DNA from: an uncultured Mycoplasmatota bacterium
GTDB lineage: Bacteria > Bacillota_I > Bacilli_A > RF39 > UBA660
Direction: 5' to 3'
Length of the DNA: 54,502 bases
NCBI GenBank assembly: GCA_948466395.1
Contig: CAOKAG010000005.1
Coordinates: 1 to 54,502, forward strand
Shown in pieces: positions 1 to 9,860 of the stretch; position 1 is the stretch's first letter, and every line of letters begins with the position of its first letter. Both the position numbers and the translations under genes were made by a program. Below the pieces are notes generated by a model. The model did not search any database. It was not told the DNA's origin and saw nothing but the letters and a program-made list of their open reading frames with translations.

Positions 1-101
1 TAAAACTCCGTATTAAAAGCAAAACTTCTTAATGAAAAATTAAATCGTGTGAAAATTATTCATACCTTTTACAAACTTCGTAAGTAAAGGTTCTCATAAT
101 T

Positions 102-2078
<1,977 letters not shown>

Positions 2079-2195
2079 TTAAAACAAGAAAAAGTCCATA
2101 TTGATAAATTAGATATAACTTTATCATTAGGACTTTAAAGTAGCATGTTTCAAATTGAAAATAATTGTTGAATAGAAAAAAGAAGTTAGTTTTAA

Positions 2196-2885
2196 TTATA
2201 TTTTAACTTCTTTTTTATTAGAACTATTTTTAGTAAGTTCATGACTAATTATCCACTTTATATCTTCAATTGATTTATCTATGTTAAATCGACCATTTCC
2301 TATTGGATAATAAACTGAATAAAATTTATATTCCTCTCCATTTATTTTTCTGATAAACCTTTTTTTTCGAACTTGGGAAACTGATATTTTTTCCCCTAAT
2401 ACAATAGAACTTACTTGATTTCCAAATAAAATAATAACTTTTGGTTTAATAATAGTAAACTCCTGTTTTAATAAATGAAGATATTCTTTATAAACAGCAT
2501 CAGGTAATTCTCTAGCATCAATTTGAGTACACTTTCCAAGATTAGTAATAAAATATTTATGTTTTATTACATCAGCATATACTTCTTCAGCAAATTCTTC
2601 AGTCCATTCCGTTCCTTTAATTGTCTTTATTTTTGTATAAATTTTTTCATCAATCAAACCTAGTTCTACAAAAAGATCCCAGATATTTTTAGTCCCTATC
2701 CATGGAGATTTTAGTCCTTTCCATGTTTTAGAAGAAGCAATATTTCTACCAGTCGGGTTCATAAAAACAAAACAAATATTAGGACTATCTGTACAACCAC
2801 CATTATAAATAGAATCTAATTCTTTGGCTCCATATTTCTTTTGAAGCTTGTCATAATATATATTTAAGTCTTTTAATTGCTTCAT
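2196..2885 (-). CDS. Uracil-DNA glycosylase superfamily protein (divergent)
   Basis: 229 aa. FVFMNPTGRN lies where MUG/SMUG-type UDGs have G(I/M)NPG, and the C-terminal YYPIGNG lies where the HPS-type motif sits. Recognised by eye only. Confidence 0.5.
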   Translation of the reverse strand: MKQLKDLNIYYDKLQKKYGAKELDSIYNGGCTDSPNICFVFMNPTGRNIASSKTWKGLKSPWIGTKNIWDLFVELGLIDEKIYTKIKTIKGTEWTEEFAEEVYADVIKHKYFITNLGKCTQIDARELPDAVYKEYLHLLKQEFTIIKPKVIILFGNQVSSIVLGEKISVSQVRKKRFIRKINGEEYKFYSVYYPIGNGRFNIDKSIEDIKWIISHELTKNSSNKKEVKI

Positions 2886-2894
2886 GTTTTTCTA

Positions 2895-3533
2895 CTACTT
2901 TACTAAATTTTTAGAATGATTGTGCTCAATATCAGTAATGACTTTTAAAATATAATCAAATAGTTCTGATTGTTCCTGATTCATCATTTCAATTCGTTCG
3001 TTATCATCTAATTCAGATTTAAATTTATTTAAATTAGGGATTATTTGAATTGATTCTAATGGATATCCCTCATCAATAACTTTACTGCTTGTACTAGAAA
3101 AAATACGATTTGCTCTATAATCAAATGTAAAAGTTGTTTCTTCATCCGAAACAATTGCAACAGATTTTAGAAAATAACCTTTTAGTTCTCCCAATGTTCC
3201 ATATTCTTTAACTAAATTTTTATAATATTCTATCATTTCATTATCATTTAGACGTTTTCCATTTACACGTCTAACATGAACACCTGGTTGAATTTCATTT
3301 GGAATGTTATCAAAAAATAATCCTTCATCAATTGCAATGGTAGGTATTTTACTAACTTCATAATATGCTTTAGCCTTTATAATTGCATTTTCACTTGGAC
3401 TTTTGCCTGTTTCTTCAACATCTAAATCTAAACTTACATCATTTAAACTTAATACATCTATTCCTTTTTCTTTTAATTTAGTTCCATAATATTTAATTTT
3501 TGCCTTATTTGTAGTTGCCAATAATACTTCCAT
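2895..3533 (-). CDS. Ham1/RdgB-family non-canonical purine NTP pyrophosphatase (ITPase-like)
   Basis: 212 aa. LLATTNKAK (cf. LATGNxGK), EETGKSPSENAIIKA, IDEGLF and GYPLESI match the RdgB/Ham1 motif order. There is a 9-nt gap to the UDG-like gene, so the two likely form an operon. Confidence 0.65.
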   Translation of the reverse strand: MEVLLATTNKAKIKYYGTKLKEKGIDVLSLNDVSLDLDVEETGKSPSENAIIKAKAYYEVSKIPTIAIDEGLFFDNIPNEIQPGVHVRRVNGKRLNDNEMIEYYKNLVKEYGTLGELKGYFLKSVAIVSDEETTFTFDYRANRIFSSTSSKVIDEGYPLESIQIIPNLNKFKSELDDNERIEMMNQEQSELFDYILKVITDIEHNHSKNLVK

Positions 3534-3743
3534 AGTTTATTCTCCTTTTTCATTTAATTTGTCAACATAATTATATCATCAATTCACTTTCTTTTATAGA
3601 TATTTGAGGAATAAAATTAAATATAATCATATAATTGCCAATATCTATATAAAAACTAATGCGATATATTTCCTTTAAAATAATGCTTAAATAAAAATCG
3701 CTCAAACATTTTTATCAACAAAATATTAGACATTTTATCCTTA

Positions 3744-3771
3744 TTGACTGTACACAATCAAGTGATACAAT
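3744..3771 (+). promoter_or_regulatory. Sigma-A-type promoter: TTGACT, 16-nt spacer, TGaTACAAT (extended -10)
   Basis: TTGACT is at 3744-3749 and TACAAT at 3766-3771, preceded by TGA. Confidence 0.45.
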
Positions 3772-3777
3772 ATAGTA

Positions 3778-3836
3778 GAATATGAAATAATTGTATCTCA
3801 AAGTGCTACTTCTAAATGTTAGTAGTGCTTTTTTTC
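3778..3836 (+). ncRNA. Candidate ~60-nt small RNA (promoter plus intrinsic terminator, no ORF)
   Basis: Downstream of the 3744 promoter. Hairpin GUGCUACU / AGUAGUGC (3803-3810 and 3821-3828, with two G-U pairs) followed by a T7 run. No start codon or RBS lies inside. Confidence 0.3.
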
Positions 3837-3895
3837 ATATTCAAACCCCTACATTTTCATCATTGATTTTCTTCATTAGTAAGACATACTTACAG

Positions 3896-3929
3896 CCATA
3901 AAATAATTGAAATTTTCAAAATTTATGGC
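3896..3929. repeat. Near-perfect 34-bp palindrome: GCCATAAA..(TTGAAAtTTTCAA)..TTTATGGC
   Basis: 8-bp perfect outer arms (3896-3903 and 3922-3929) enclose an inner palindrome at 3907-3919. Confidence 0.6.
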
Positions 3930-4096
3930 CGAAATTTTAGAAAAATCACATTGAAAAAGTGTGTACGATTGTTAAACACATTTTAGAAAGTCTTTATTTA
4001 TAAGGGTTTTGAAAAAAGGAAAAGTTTACGTTTGTATAACAAATTCCTTAAATGTAAACACCTGTGTTTTCACTGATACCTTATGAAACAAGGGAA

Positions 4097-4115
4097 AACT
4101 AGCCACTGGCTAGTT
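4097..4115. repeat. 19-bp perfect palindrome AACTAGCCaCTGGCTAGTT
   Basis: 9-bp arms around a central C. Unusually GC-rich for this DNA. Lies ~260 nt upstream of the small ORF/LSR operon. Confidence 0.6.
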
Positions 4116-4179
4116 CTTTGTAAACAGGGTTATCCTGCTTTTATTTTGTTTTGATTATTTTTTAAAAGAGAGTATTTCT

Positions 4180-4199
4180 ATGGCCATAACTTCGGCCAT
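4180..4199. repeat. Inverted repeat ATGGCC-N8-GGCCAT (the first copy is itself the palindrome ATGGCCAT)
   Basis: Read directly. Shares the GGCCAT/ATGGCC motif with 3925-3930. Confidence 0.55.
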
Positions 4200-4371
4200 T
4201 ATTTTTCATATTTTTATGATTTTGATAGCTATTATTTAGTTATCTTTTTTTTGTTTGTAGTGCTGTATAAAATAACCAAGCGCGTTATAATTTCTTTAAG
4301 ATTATTTAAAAGAAGGTTGGTGCGTAACTATGAAATGAATTGTTTAAGAATTTAAAGGGGGTAATAATTAA

Positions 4372-4554
4372 ATGGAAAGAAGTGATAAAAGATTAGAACA
4401 TCTAAAAACTTATGTAGCAGAAATTGCTATGCTAGAATTTATCAAAGATAATAATTTAATTGATATTAACGAATACAAGAAAATCAAAAATAAAATTGAA
4501 AATGAATATGTAAAATATAACAAATTAAACAATTCAGAATATGGTTTTGCGTAA
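4372..4554 (+). CDS. Small helical protein encoded immediately upstream of the LSR (SHOCT-like LIDINEYKKIKNKI motif)
   Basis: 60 aa with RBS AAAGGGGG upstream. Same position and orientation relative to its LSR as ORF 45536-45733. Confidence 0.55.
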   Translation: MERSDKRLEHLKTYVAEIAMLEFIKDNNLIDINEYKKIKNKIENEYVKYNKLNNSEYGFA

Positions 4555-4603
4555 ATAAAATATTTGAAATATGCTATGATTCAACAATTATGGAAAGGAA
4601 AAA

Positions 4604-6385
4604 ATGAATAATAAAGCCCGCGTAATAGCACCAACTTCTAAAACAATGTGCTTAAAAGGAGATGTAAAATATAAACTTATTCGTACTTGCGCTTATTGTA
4701 GAGTTTCCACAGATAATGAAGATCAAAAGACAAGTTATGACTCACAACGAATTCATTATAAAAATATGATAGAAGAAAATCCTGACTGGGAATTTGTAGG
4801 AATCTATGCTGATGAGGGTATCACTGGTACACAGACTAAAAAAAGAGAACAATTTAATCAAATGATGAGTGATGCTTTAAATGGTAAGATTGATTTGATA
4901 CTAGCGAAGTCTATTTCAAGATTTGCTCGTAATACAGTTGATACTTTAAATTGTGTAAGACTTCTTCGTGAACATAATGTAGATGTATTCTTTGAAAAAG
5001 AAAACATTCATACTCTAGGTTTATCTAATGAATTATTCTTAACTTTATATAGTGCATTCGCACAAGCAGAAAGTGAATCAATATCCGAAAATGTAAAGGC
5101 TGGAGTTCGTATGAAAATGAAACGTGGAGAATTAGTAGGAAAGTATGCTCCATTTGGATATTTATATGATAAAGAGAAAGATATCATAATACCTGATGAA
5201 AGTAAGAAAGATATTGTTACTTACATTTTTGAAGAATATTCCAAAGGTGTGGGTTTTAGAACAATAGCATTACAGCTTAATCAACTAGGAATACCTAGTC
5301 CATCTAATTTAAAATGGTGTCATGCTTCAGTAAGAAGAATAATCACAAATGAAAAATATGTAGGAGATTTAAAAACTGGTAAATACTATACTGAAAATGT
5401 TTTAACTCATAAAAAGAAAGTTAATTATGGAGAGAAAGAACAATACTTTACTTCTAATCATCACGAACCTATTATCTCTCGCGAATTATGGAACAAATGT
5501 CAAGAAATATTAACTATTAGAAGTAAAATTAGCAAGCCAGATGGGAATCGTGATAAATTTAGTAGAAAGTATCCATTTAGTAGTAAAATCTTTTGTGAGA
5601 TATGTGGAGAGAGATTTATCAGACGTTCTTACAAAATCAGAAGTAGCGGTAAAGAAGTTGCTTATTGGATATGTAGAAGTCATAGAAATAAAATTGAATG
5701 TTCCAATCTTATCCATTATAAACAAGAAGAATTGGAAGATATATTTGTACTTGCTTATAACAAACTATTTCAAGATAGTGATAAATATATCCATTCATTT
5801 ATGAAAAAAGTAAATGAAGTAATCAATGACAATCAAGATTATAATAATCAAAAGAAGATTAAGGAAGAAATCTCTAAGCTAGAAAATAAGTTATCTAATT
5901 TAATAGATTTACAACTTGATGGCTCTATTTCAAAAGAAATACTAAATCAGAAAAATCAGGAAATTACTAAAAAGATTAAAGAGTACGAACAACAACTAAA
6001 AGATACTGAAGCTATAGAAAATACTAGAAAACAAAAATTAGAACAAATTGATAAAATATCTAATACCTTAAAACGGTATAAAGGTCTTACAAAATTTAAT
6101 GAAGAAGTATTCAATAGTCTAGTCGATAAGATTATCATTGGCGAAAAATTAGAAAACGGAAATGAAGATTTTTATAAAATTAAATTCATTTTAAAGACAG
6201 GAGAACTAATCAACGAAAATCTACCTAATGGGAAACTAGATATAGGTACAAGTTTTGGTAAATATGGTTTTACAATCACAAAACAAGAACTTGAAGAAAA
6301 AGAAGATAATGTGTCTGCCTATGTATTACAACGGCACACGAATATAAAGTCCTGCTATTTTCTTTTCATCATTCATATTTTTTAA
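4604..6385 (+). CDS. Large serine recombinase of the nested element. The last 16 codons are read from DNA outside the element.
   Basis: AYCRVSTDNEDQ catalytic motif, SRFARN, recombinase domain, zinc ribbon CEICG..CRSH, coiled coil, and a DUF4368-like FNSLVDKIIIGE..YKIKFIL. The ORF crosses the attR core at 6336-6337. Confidence 0.9.
   Translation: MNNKARVIAPTSKTMCLKGDVKYKLIRTCAYCRVSTDNEDQKTSYDSQRIHYKNMIEENPDWEFVGIYADEGITGTQTKKREQFNQMMSDALNGKIDLILAKSISRFARNTVDTLNCVRLLREHNVDVFFEKENIHTLGLSNELFLTLYSAFAQAESESISENVKAGVRMKMKRGELVGKYAPFGYLYDKEKDIIIPDESKKDIVTYIFEEYSKGVGFRTIALQLNQLGIPSPSNLKWCHASVRRIITNEKYVGDLKTGKYYTENVLTHKKKVNYGEKEQYFTSNHHEPIISRELWNKCQEILTIRSKISKPDGNRDKFSRKYPFSSKIFCEICGERFIRRSYKIRSSGKEVAYWICRSHRNKIECSNLIHYKQEELEDIFVLAYNKLFQDSDKYIHSFMKKVNEVINDNQDYNNQKKIKEEISKLENKLSNLIDLQLDGSISKEILNQKNQEITKKIKEYEQQLKDTEAIENTRKQKLEQIDKISNTLKRYKGLTKFNEEVFNSLVDKIIIGEKLENGNEDFYKIKFILKTGELINENLPNGKLDIGTSFGKYGFTITKQELEEKEDNVSAYVLQRHTNIKSCYFLFIIHIF
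6338..6376 (-). pseudogene. Outer LSR, detached 5' fragment (MNDEKKIAGLYIR, then V from the shared GT core)
   Basis: Minus strand reads AAAGGAGG-N9-ATG AAT GAT GAA AAG AAA ATA GCA GGA CTT TAT ATT CGT GT, then runs into CCG TTG TAA. The xxAxxYxRV pattern is the canonical start of a serine recombinase. Confidence 0.8.
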
Positions 6386-6412
6386 TCCTCCTTTTTATCT
6401 TTGAAACCTAAA

Positions 6413-6461
6413 AAGAGGCGACAAAGACACATTACATATTTTTATGTCTTTGACACCTCTT
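6413..6461 (-). terminator. 17-bp imperfect hairpin followed by UUUU on the minus strand, just upstream of the outer LSR RBS
   Basis: Arms at 6413-6429 and 6445-6461 (15/17 complementary) with a 15-nt loop. Confidence 0.45.
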
Positions 6462-6640
6462 AAAATCTAAATAAGTTGTATTAATATAATTCAAACTTCG
6501 TTTCATATTAACCCCCAAAAACATAAAACTTGTTTCTTGGTTAACTATTATAGATATTTAAACTTTAAAGTCAAGACATAATTACCAATTTTTGCCTATT
6601 TAAAGGCATTTTAAGAGAAGTTGATTTGATTTTAATACAT

Positions 6641-6916
6641 TTAATCTATTGATTTAATAAAACTTTCTAAATCTTTTATTTCTAGGGAATTTGCTAGACT
6701 TCCAACATATATAGTTTTAGAATAATTAAAAACTAGAAAAGTAATACCTTTAATAATAACTCTATGAGGTTCTATATAATTCAAATTTGTATGTTCTATG
6801 TTTTTGATACTTCCATTAATGATAGTAGGTTTCGTATTACAAAAATCACATATAAATTCTATTTTCTTTTTTAATTCCTCATCAAAATGTAATTCTTTTG
6901 TTTTCAATTTAATCAT
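6641..6916 (-). CDS. Hypothetical protein (91 aa)
   Basis: ORF only. Lies between the tRNA terminator and the recombinase region. Confidence 0.4.
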   Translation of the reverse strand: MIKLKTKELHFDEELKKKIEFICDFCNTKPTIINGSIKNIEHTNLNYIEPHRVIIKGITFLVFNYSKTIYVGSLANSLEIKDLESFIKSID

Positions 6917-6949
6917 CTAAATCTATCCTTCTTTCCTTAAATGCAAAAA

Positions 6950-6971
6950 ATCAACTTCTTTTGAAGTTGAT
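6950..6971 (-). terminator. Intrinsic terminator of tRNA-Arg
   Basis: Perfect 9-bp stem ATCAACTTC/GAAGTTGAT with a 4-nt loop, followed by a U6 run on the minus strand. Confidence 0.7.
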
Positions 6972-7014
6972 ACTATATGTTTAAATCTAACAAAAGTTAG
7001 AATAGATTGCTCAA

Positions 7015-7091
7015 TGGTGTCCTGAGGGAGATTCGAACTCTCGACCGTACGCTTAGAAGGCGTATGCTCTATCCAGCTGAGCTATCAGGAC
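7015..7091 (-). tRNA. tRNA-Arg (anticodon UCU), CCA encoded
   Basis: Manual cloverleaf: 7-bp acceptor GUCCUGA/UCAGGAC, D arm GCUC..GAGC, anticodon stem UACGC/GCGUA with loop CUUCUAA, T loop UUCGAAU (one A-C mismatch in the T stem). 77 nt. Confidence 0.9.
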
Positions 7092-7133
7092 ATAATCAGT
7101 AAATTCATACTGATTATATACTATTATTATGGA

Positions 7134-8087
7134 TTATTCAAGTGTATTTATAATCAAATTTACATTTTTATCGTCATTTTTTACAATAAATTCCACTTGT
7201 TTAACATTATAAGTATCTCTTAACGACAAATAGATCATATATTTAACTTCTTCTAAAATAGTTGTATTTTGAAGATCTTCAAAAATATAATTATTAAAAC
7301 TAAGTTTAATTTCCTCTTCTAATATTTCATAATTCGTTATTTCAGCATTTGCATGAAGAAAACTAATTAATTTTGATTCATAAATTGGAGAATTTTTTAA
7401 TTTTTCAATGATAATATCTATTTTTTCATTTTGATTATTACTCACATAAGTAATAGGAACATAATAAAAATAATCCTCCTCTTTACTCCCATAATAAATC
7501 GTCGTTTTAGTTGTATCTTTAATACTATCAATATCGTAAATCTTATTAACTCCAAAATCTTTATTTAAAAGAGAGGGCAACTTTTCTTTACTATAAGGAA
7601 GTTCAGTAAACCCCTTTCCTTCTACAAAAATTAAAATATTTTCTACTTCCTCTAATTCAGTTAAAGAATAAATAAGACTTTCAATCATTTTTCTTTCATT
7701 TTTTTCTGTTGTATTTAAAAACTCTTTTGAAAAATCAATCTTCAATAATTTGTTTTCTAAAGACACATTATTTATTTTTGTATTAACTGGAATCACTCCA
7801 AAAAAATGATCTGGAATATACTCGCTTTCTCTACTTTTAAGAGTCAAAATATTTATAATTTCTTTAATCTTCTCTAACGTTTCCTTATTATTAAAAACCA
7901 TATTCACTCTTGAAACATAATTTTCTTTATTTAGTAAATAAACCACGCCTTTTTGTGTCTCAATATAATTAAGCGTTTGTTTGTAATCATTATTTTCTAA
8001 TTTAGAAGGAAAAAAATAAGTCACCAATAAAATAAAAAGTGCTAAAGAAGAAATGGTAATTCTTCGAATAATCCCTTTTTTTAACAT
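7134..8087 (-). CDS. gerM: GerM-like sporulation/germination protein (membrane anchored, two GerMN-like halves)
   Basis: 317 aa with an N-terminal TM segment. VYLLNKENYVSRVNMVF and ILIFVEGKGFTEL resemble GerMN domain patterns. Confidence 0.55.
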   Translation of the reverse strand: MLKKGIIRRITISSLALFILLVTYFFPSKLENNDYKQTLNYIETQKGVVYLLNKENYVSRVNMVFNNKETLEKIKEIINILTLKSRESEYIPDHFFGVIPVNTKINNVSLENKLLKIDFSKEFLNTTEKNERKMIESLIYSLTELEEVENILIFVEGKGFTELPYSKEKLPSLLNKDFGVNKIYDIDSIKDTTKTTIYYGSKEEDYFYYVPITYVSNNQNEKIDIIIEKLKNSPIYESKLISFLHANAEITNYEILEEEIKLSFNNYIFEDLQNTTILEEVKYMIYLSLRDTYNVKQVEFIVKNDDKNVNLIINTLE

Positions 8088-8152
8088 AATAATTCACCTA
8101 ATAAAACTTATGATACAAAGAAAAAAAAAGACTAAAAAAGTTAGAAATCTTT

Positions 8153-8383
8153 CTAACTAATCTGTATTTCTCCAAGTTTGATTAATTCTACAACCGCTTG
8201 TGCTCGACCTTTAACGCCAAGCTTTTGTATAGCATTAGAAATATGATTACGCACTGTTTTTTCACTAATACCTAAAAATTCAGCTATTTCTTTCGTTGAC
8301 TTATTTAAAACAAGTAATTCAAAAACTTCTTGTTCTCTATTTGTTAATATACTTTTTTTCAAATTAAAAAACCTCACTTTCAT
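8153..8383 (-). CDS. gerE: GerE, LuxR-type sporulation transcription regulator
   Basis: LTNREQEVFELLVLNKSTKEIAEFLGISEKTVRNHISNAIQKLGVKGRAQAVVELIKLGE is near-colinear with B. subtilis GerE. The true start may be the TTG 7 codons in. Confidence 0.85.
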   Translation of the reverse strand: MKVRFFNLKKSILTNREQEVFELLVLNKSTKEIAEFLGISEKTVRNHISNAIQKLGVKGRAQAVVELIKLGEIQIS

Positions 8384-8405
8384 TTAATATCCATTTTAAC
8401 TATAA

Positions 8406-8432
8406 TATTTTATGAATATTAAAATTTTAAGT
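8406..8432 (-). promoter_or_regulatory. Sigma-K-like promoter (AC-N16-CATAaaaTA) upstream of gerE
   Basis: Minus strand reads cAC ttaaaattttaatatt CATAAAATA. Matches the B. subtilis sigma-K consensus AC-N16/17-CATAnnnTA. Confidence 0.35.
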
Positions 8433-8448
8433 GAGCATAAAAATAGAT

Positions 8449-8940
8449 TTACCCTTGAAATTTTACAACAATATACATCTTAGTTTCATATTCCTCTTGA
8501 ATGGTTCTAATAATATTATTGGCAAGTGTACTATTATGTTCTTTACTAGCTACAGTTACACTAATCTGATCATTTTTAATTTTAATAAAACAATCCAAAT
8601 TTAATTTTTCTTTTATCTTTTTTTCTAAAGCCTCCACTTTTCCCTTTGTCGCATTTAAGGTTTGAAGAGAATTATAAGCATCATTCTTTTCTTGCAAACT
8701 GGCGGTATCATCTAAAAGAATCGTTTGTAAACTCTCCATTTCAGCAAGCATTTCTTCTTCCTCTTTAACTTTCAACGAAACAAGTATACTACTTTCATTG
8801 GTTTCTAATACTTCTTTTACTTCATCTGTTTTATTAACGACTTGTAAAACTTCATCATTTTTGGTTGTAACATAATAAATCCCTAAAACTAAAATCAAAC
8901 TAAATAATGTAACAAACCATAAACCATTTTTATTAATCAT
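8449..8940 (-). CDS. spoIIIAH: Stage III sporulation protein AH
   Basis: 163 aa. The N-terminal TM (WFVTLFSLILVLGIYYV), acidic linker and C-terminal ISVTVASKEHNSTLANNIIRTIQEEY..VVKF are colinear with B. subtilis SpoIIIAH. Confidence 0.7.
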   Translation of the reverse strand: MINKNGLWFVTLFSLILVLGIYYVTTKNDEVLQVVNKTDEVKEVLETNESSILVSLKVKEEEEMLAEMESLQTILLDDTASLQEKNDAYNSLQTLNATKGKVEALEKKIKEKLNLDCFIKIKNDQISVTVASKEHNSTLANNIIRTIQEEYETKMYIVVKFQG

Positions 8941-9041
8941 AACATCCCTCCACCTTAATCAATATATACGCTAATAATTCTTTTTTATGATTAATTTACA
9001 AGATAAAGGAATAATGATATAATTTAAAAAAGGTGATGCTT

Positions 9042-9788
9042 ATGAACGATTCAATTTCTTATGTTTTTTTAGTTTTTTTAATTTTCAGTTTCTGTGGCTA
9101 CATTTGCGAAATCATATTTAGTAGTCTTTATCAAAAAAAATTAGTCAATCGTGGATTTTTATGTGGACCTTACTGCCCAATTTACGGAGTAGGAAGTTTA
9201 TTTATTCTTTTTTCACTATTAAGATTCGAAGAAGATCCTGTAATTGTTTTTTTATTAGGAGCCATTATTACTTCATGTTTAGAATATTTCACAAGTTTTC
9301 TTTTAGAAAAAATATTTCATAACAAATGGTGGGATTATACAGAGATGAAATTCAATATTAATGGTCGCATCTGCCTACAAAATACATTACTCTTTGGATT
9401 AGGTTCTCTTATTATTATTTACTTAGGTTATCCAATTGTATGCAACTTACTTCTTCCTTTATCCTCTAAAAATCAACTTATTTTAGCTTTAATCTTTTGT
9501 TTTATTTTCATTATAGATTGTATTTATTCATTTATTATCGCTTATAACTTAAGAAATCGCTTAATTATTTGTGAGGAATTAAAAAATGAAAAGTTAGCTA
9601 AAATCCCAGGGATGTTAGAAAAATTAATTAAATCAAAAGTAACAGAATTTAAAACGTATCCCAAAAGACTGTTAGAAGCTTTTCCTAATTTAAAAAAATA
9701 CAACGCTAAAGAATTAGACATGATGAAAAAAATTCGTGATAAAACACAAAGAAAGAAAAAAAATAATCAAACCATTAAAAAAAAGTAA
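9042..9788 (+). CDS. Polytopic membrane protein (putative ABC-transporter type IV / PF06541-like)
   Basis: CGPYCPIYGVGS and WWDYTEMKFNINGRICL motifs. The ATG at 9042 has the best RBS (AAGGTG); the tracked start is 9033. Confidence 0.5.
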   Translation: MNDSISYVFLVFLIFSFCGYICEIIFSSLYQKKLVNRGFLCGPYCPIYGVGSLFILFSLLRFEEDPVIVFLLGAIITSCLEYFTSFLLEKIFHNKWWDYTEMKFNINGRICLQNTLLFGLGSLIIIYLGYPIVCNLLLPLSSKNQLILALIFCFIFIIDCIYSFIIAYNLRNRLIICEELKNEKLAKIPGMLEKLIKSKVTEFKTYPKRLLEAFPNLKKYNAKELDMMKKIRDKTQRKKKNNQTIKKK

Positions 9789-9860
9789 AATAAATTACTT
9801 ATTTTTTTATTATTACCAGCGCCATTTTTATATAAATGGTCTTTTTAACTTGAATATATT

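Noticed and set aside
5510-6138. ORFs 5510-5725(-), 5541-5804(+) and 5956-6138(-) inside the LSR gene
   Set aside because: They overlap a well-supported recombinase frame, have low-complexity composition and no RBS. These are shadow ORFs typical of AT-rich DNA.
8153-8383. gerE as a possible target of an intervening LSR element, as known in some bacilli
   Set aside because: The gene is intact and colinear with B. subtilis GerE. No recombinase is adjacent.
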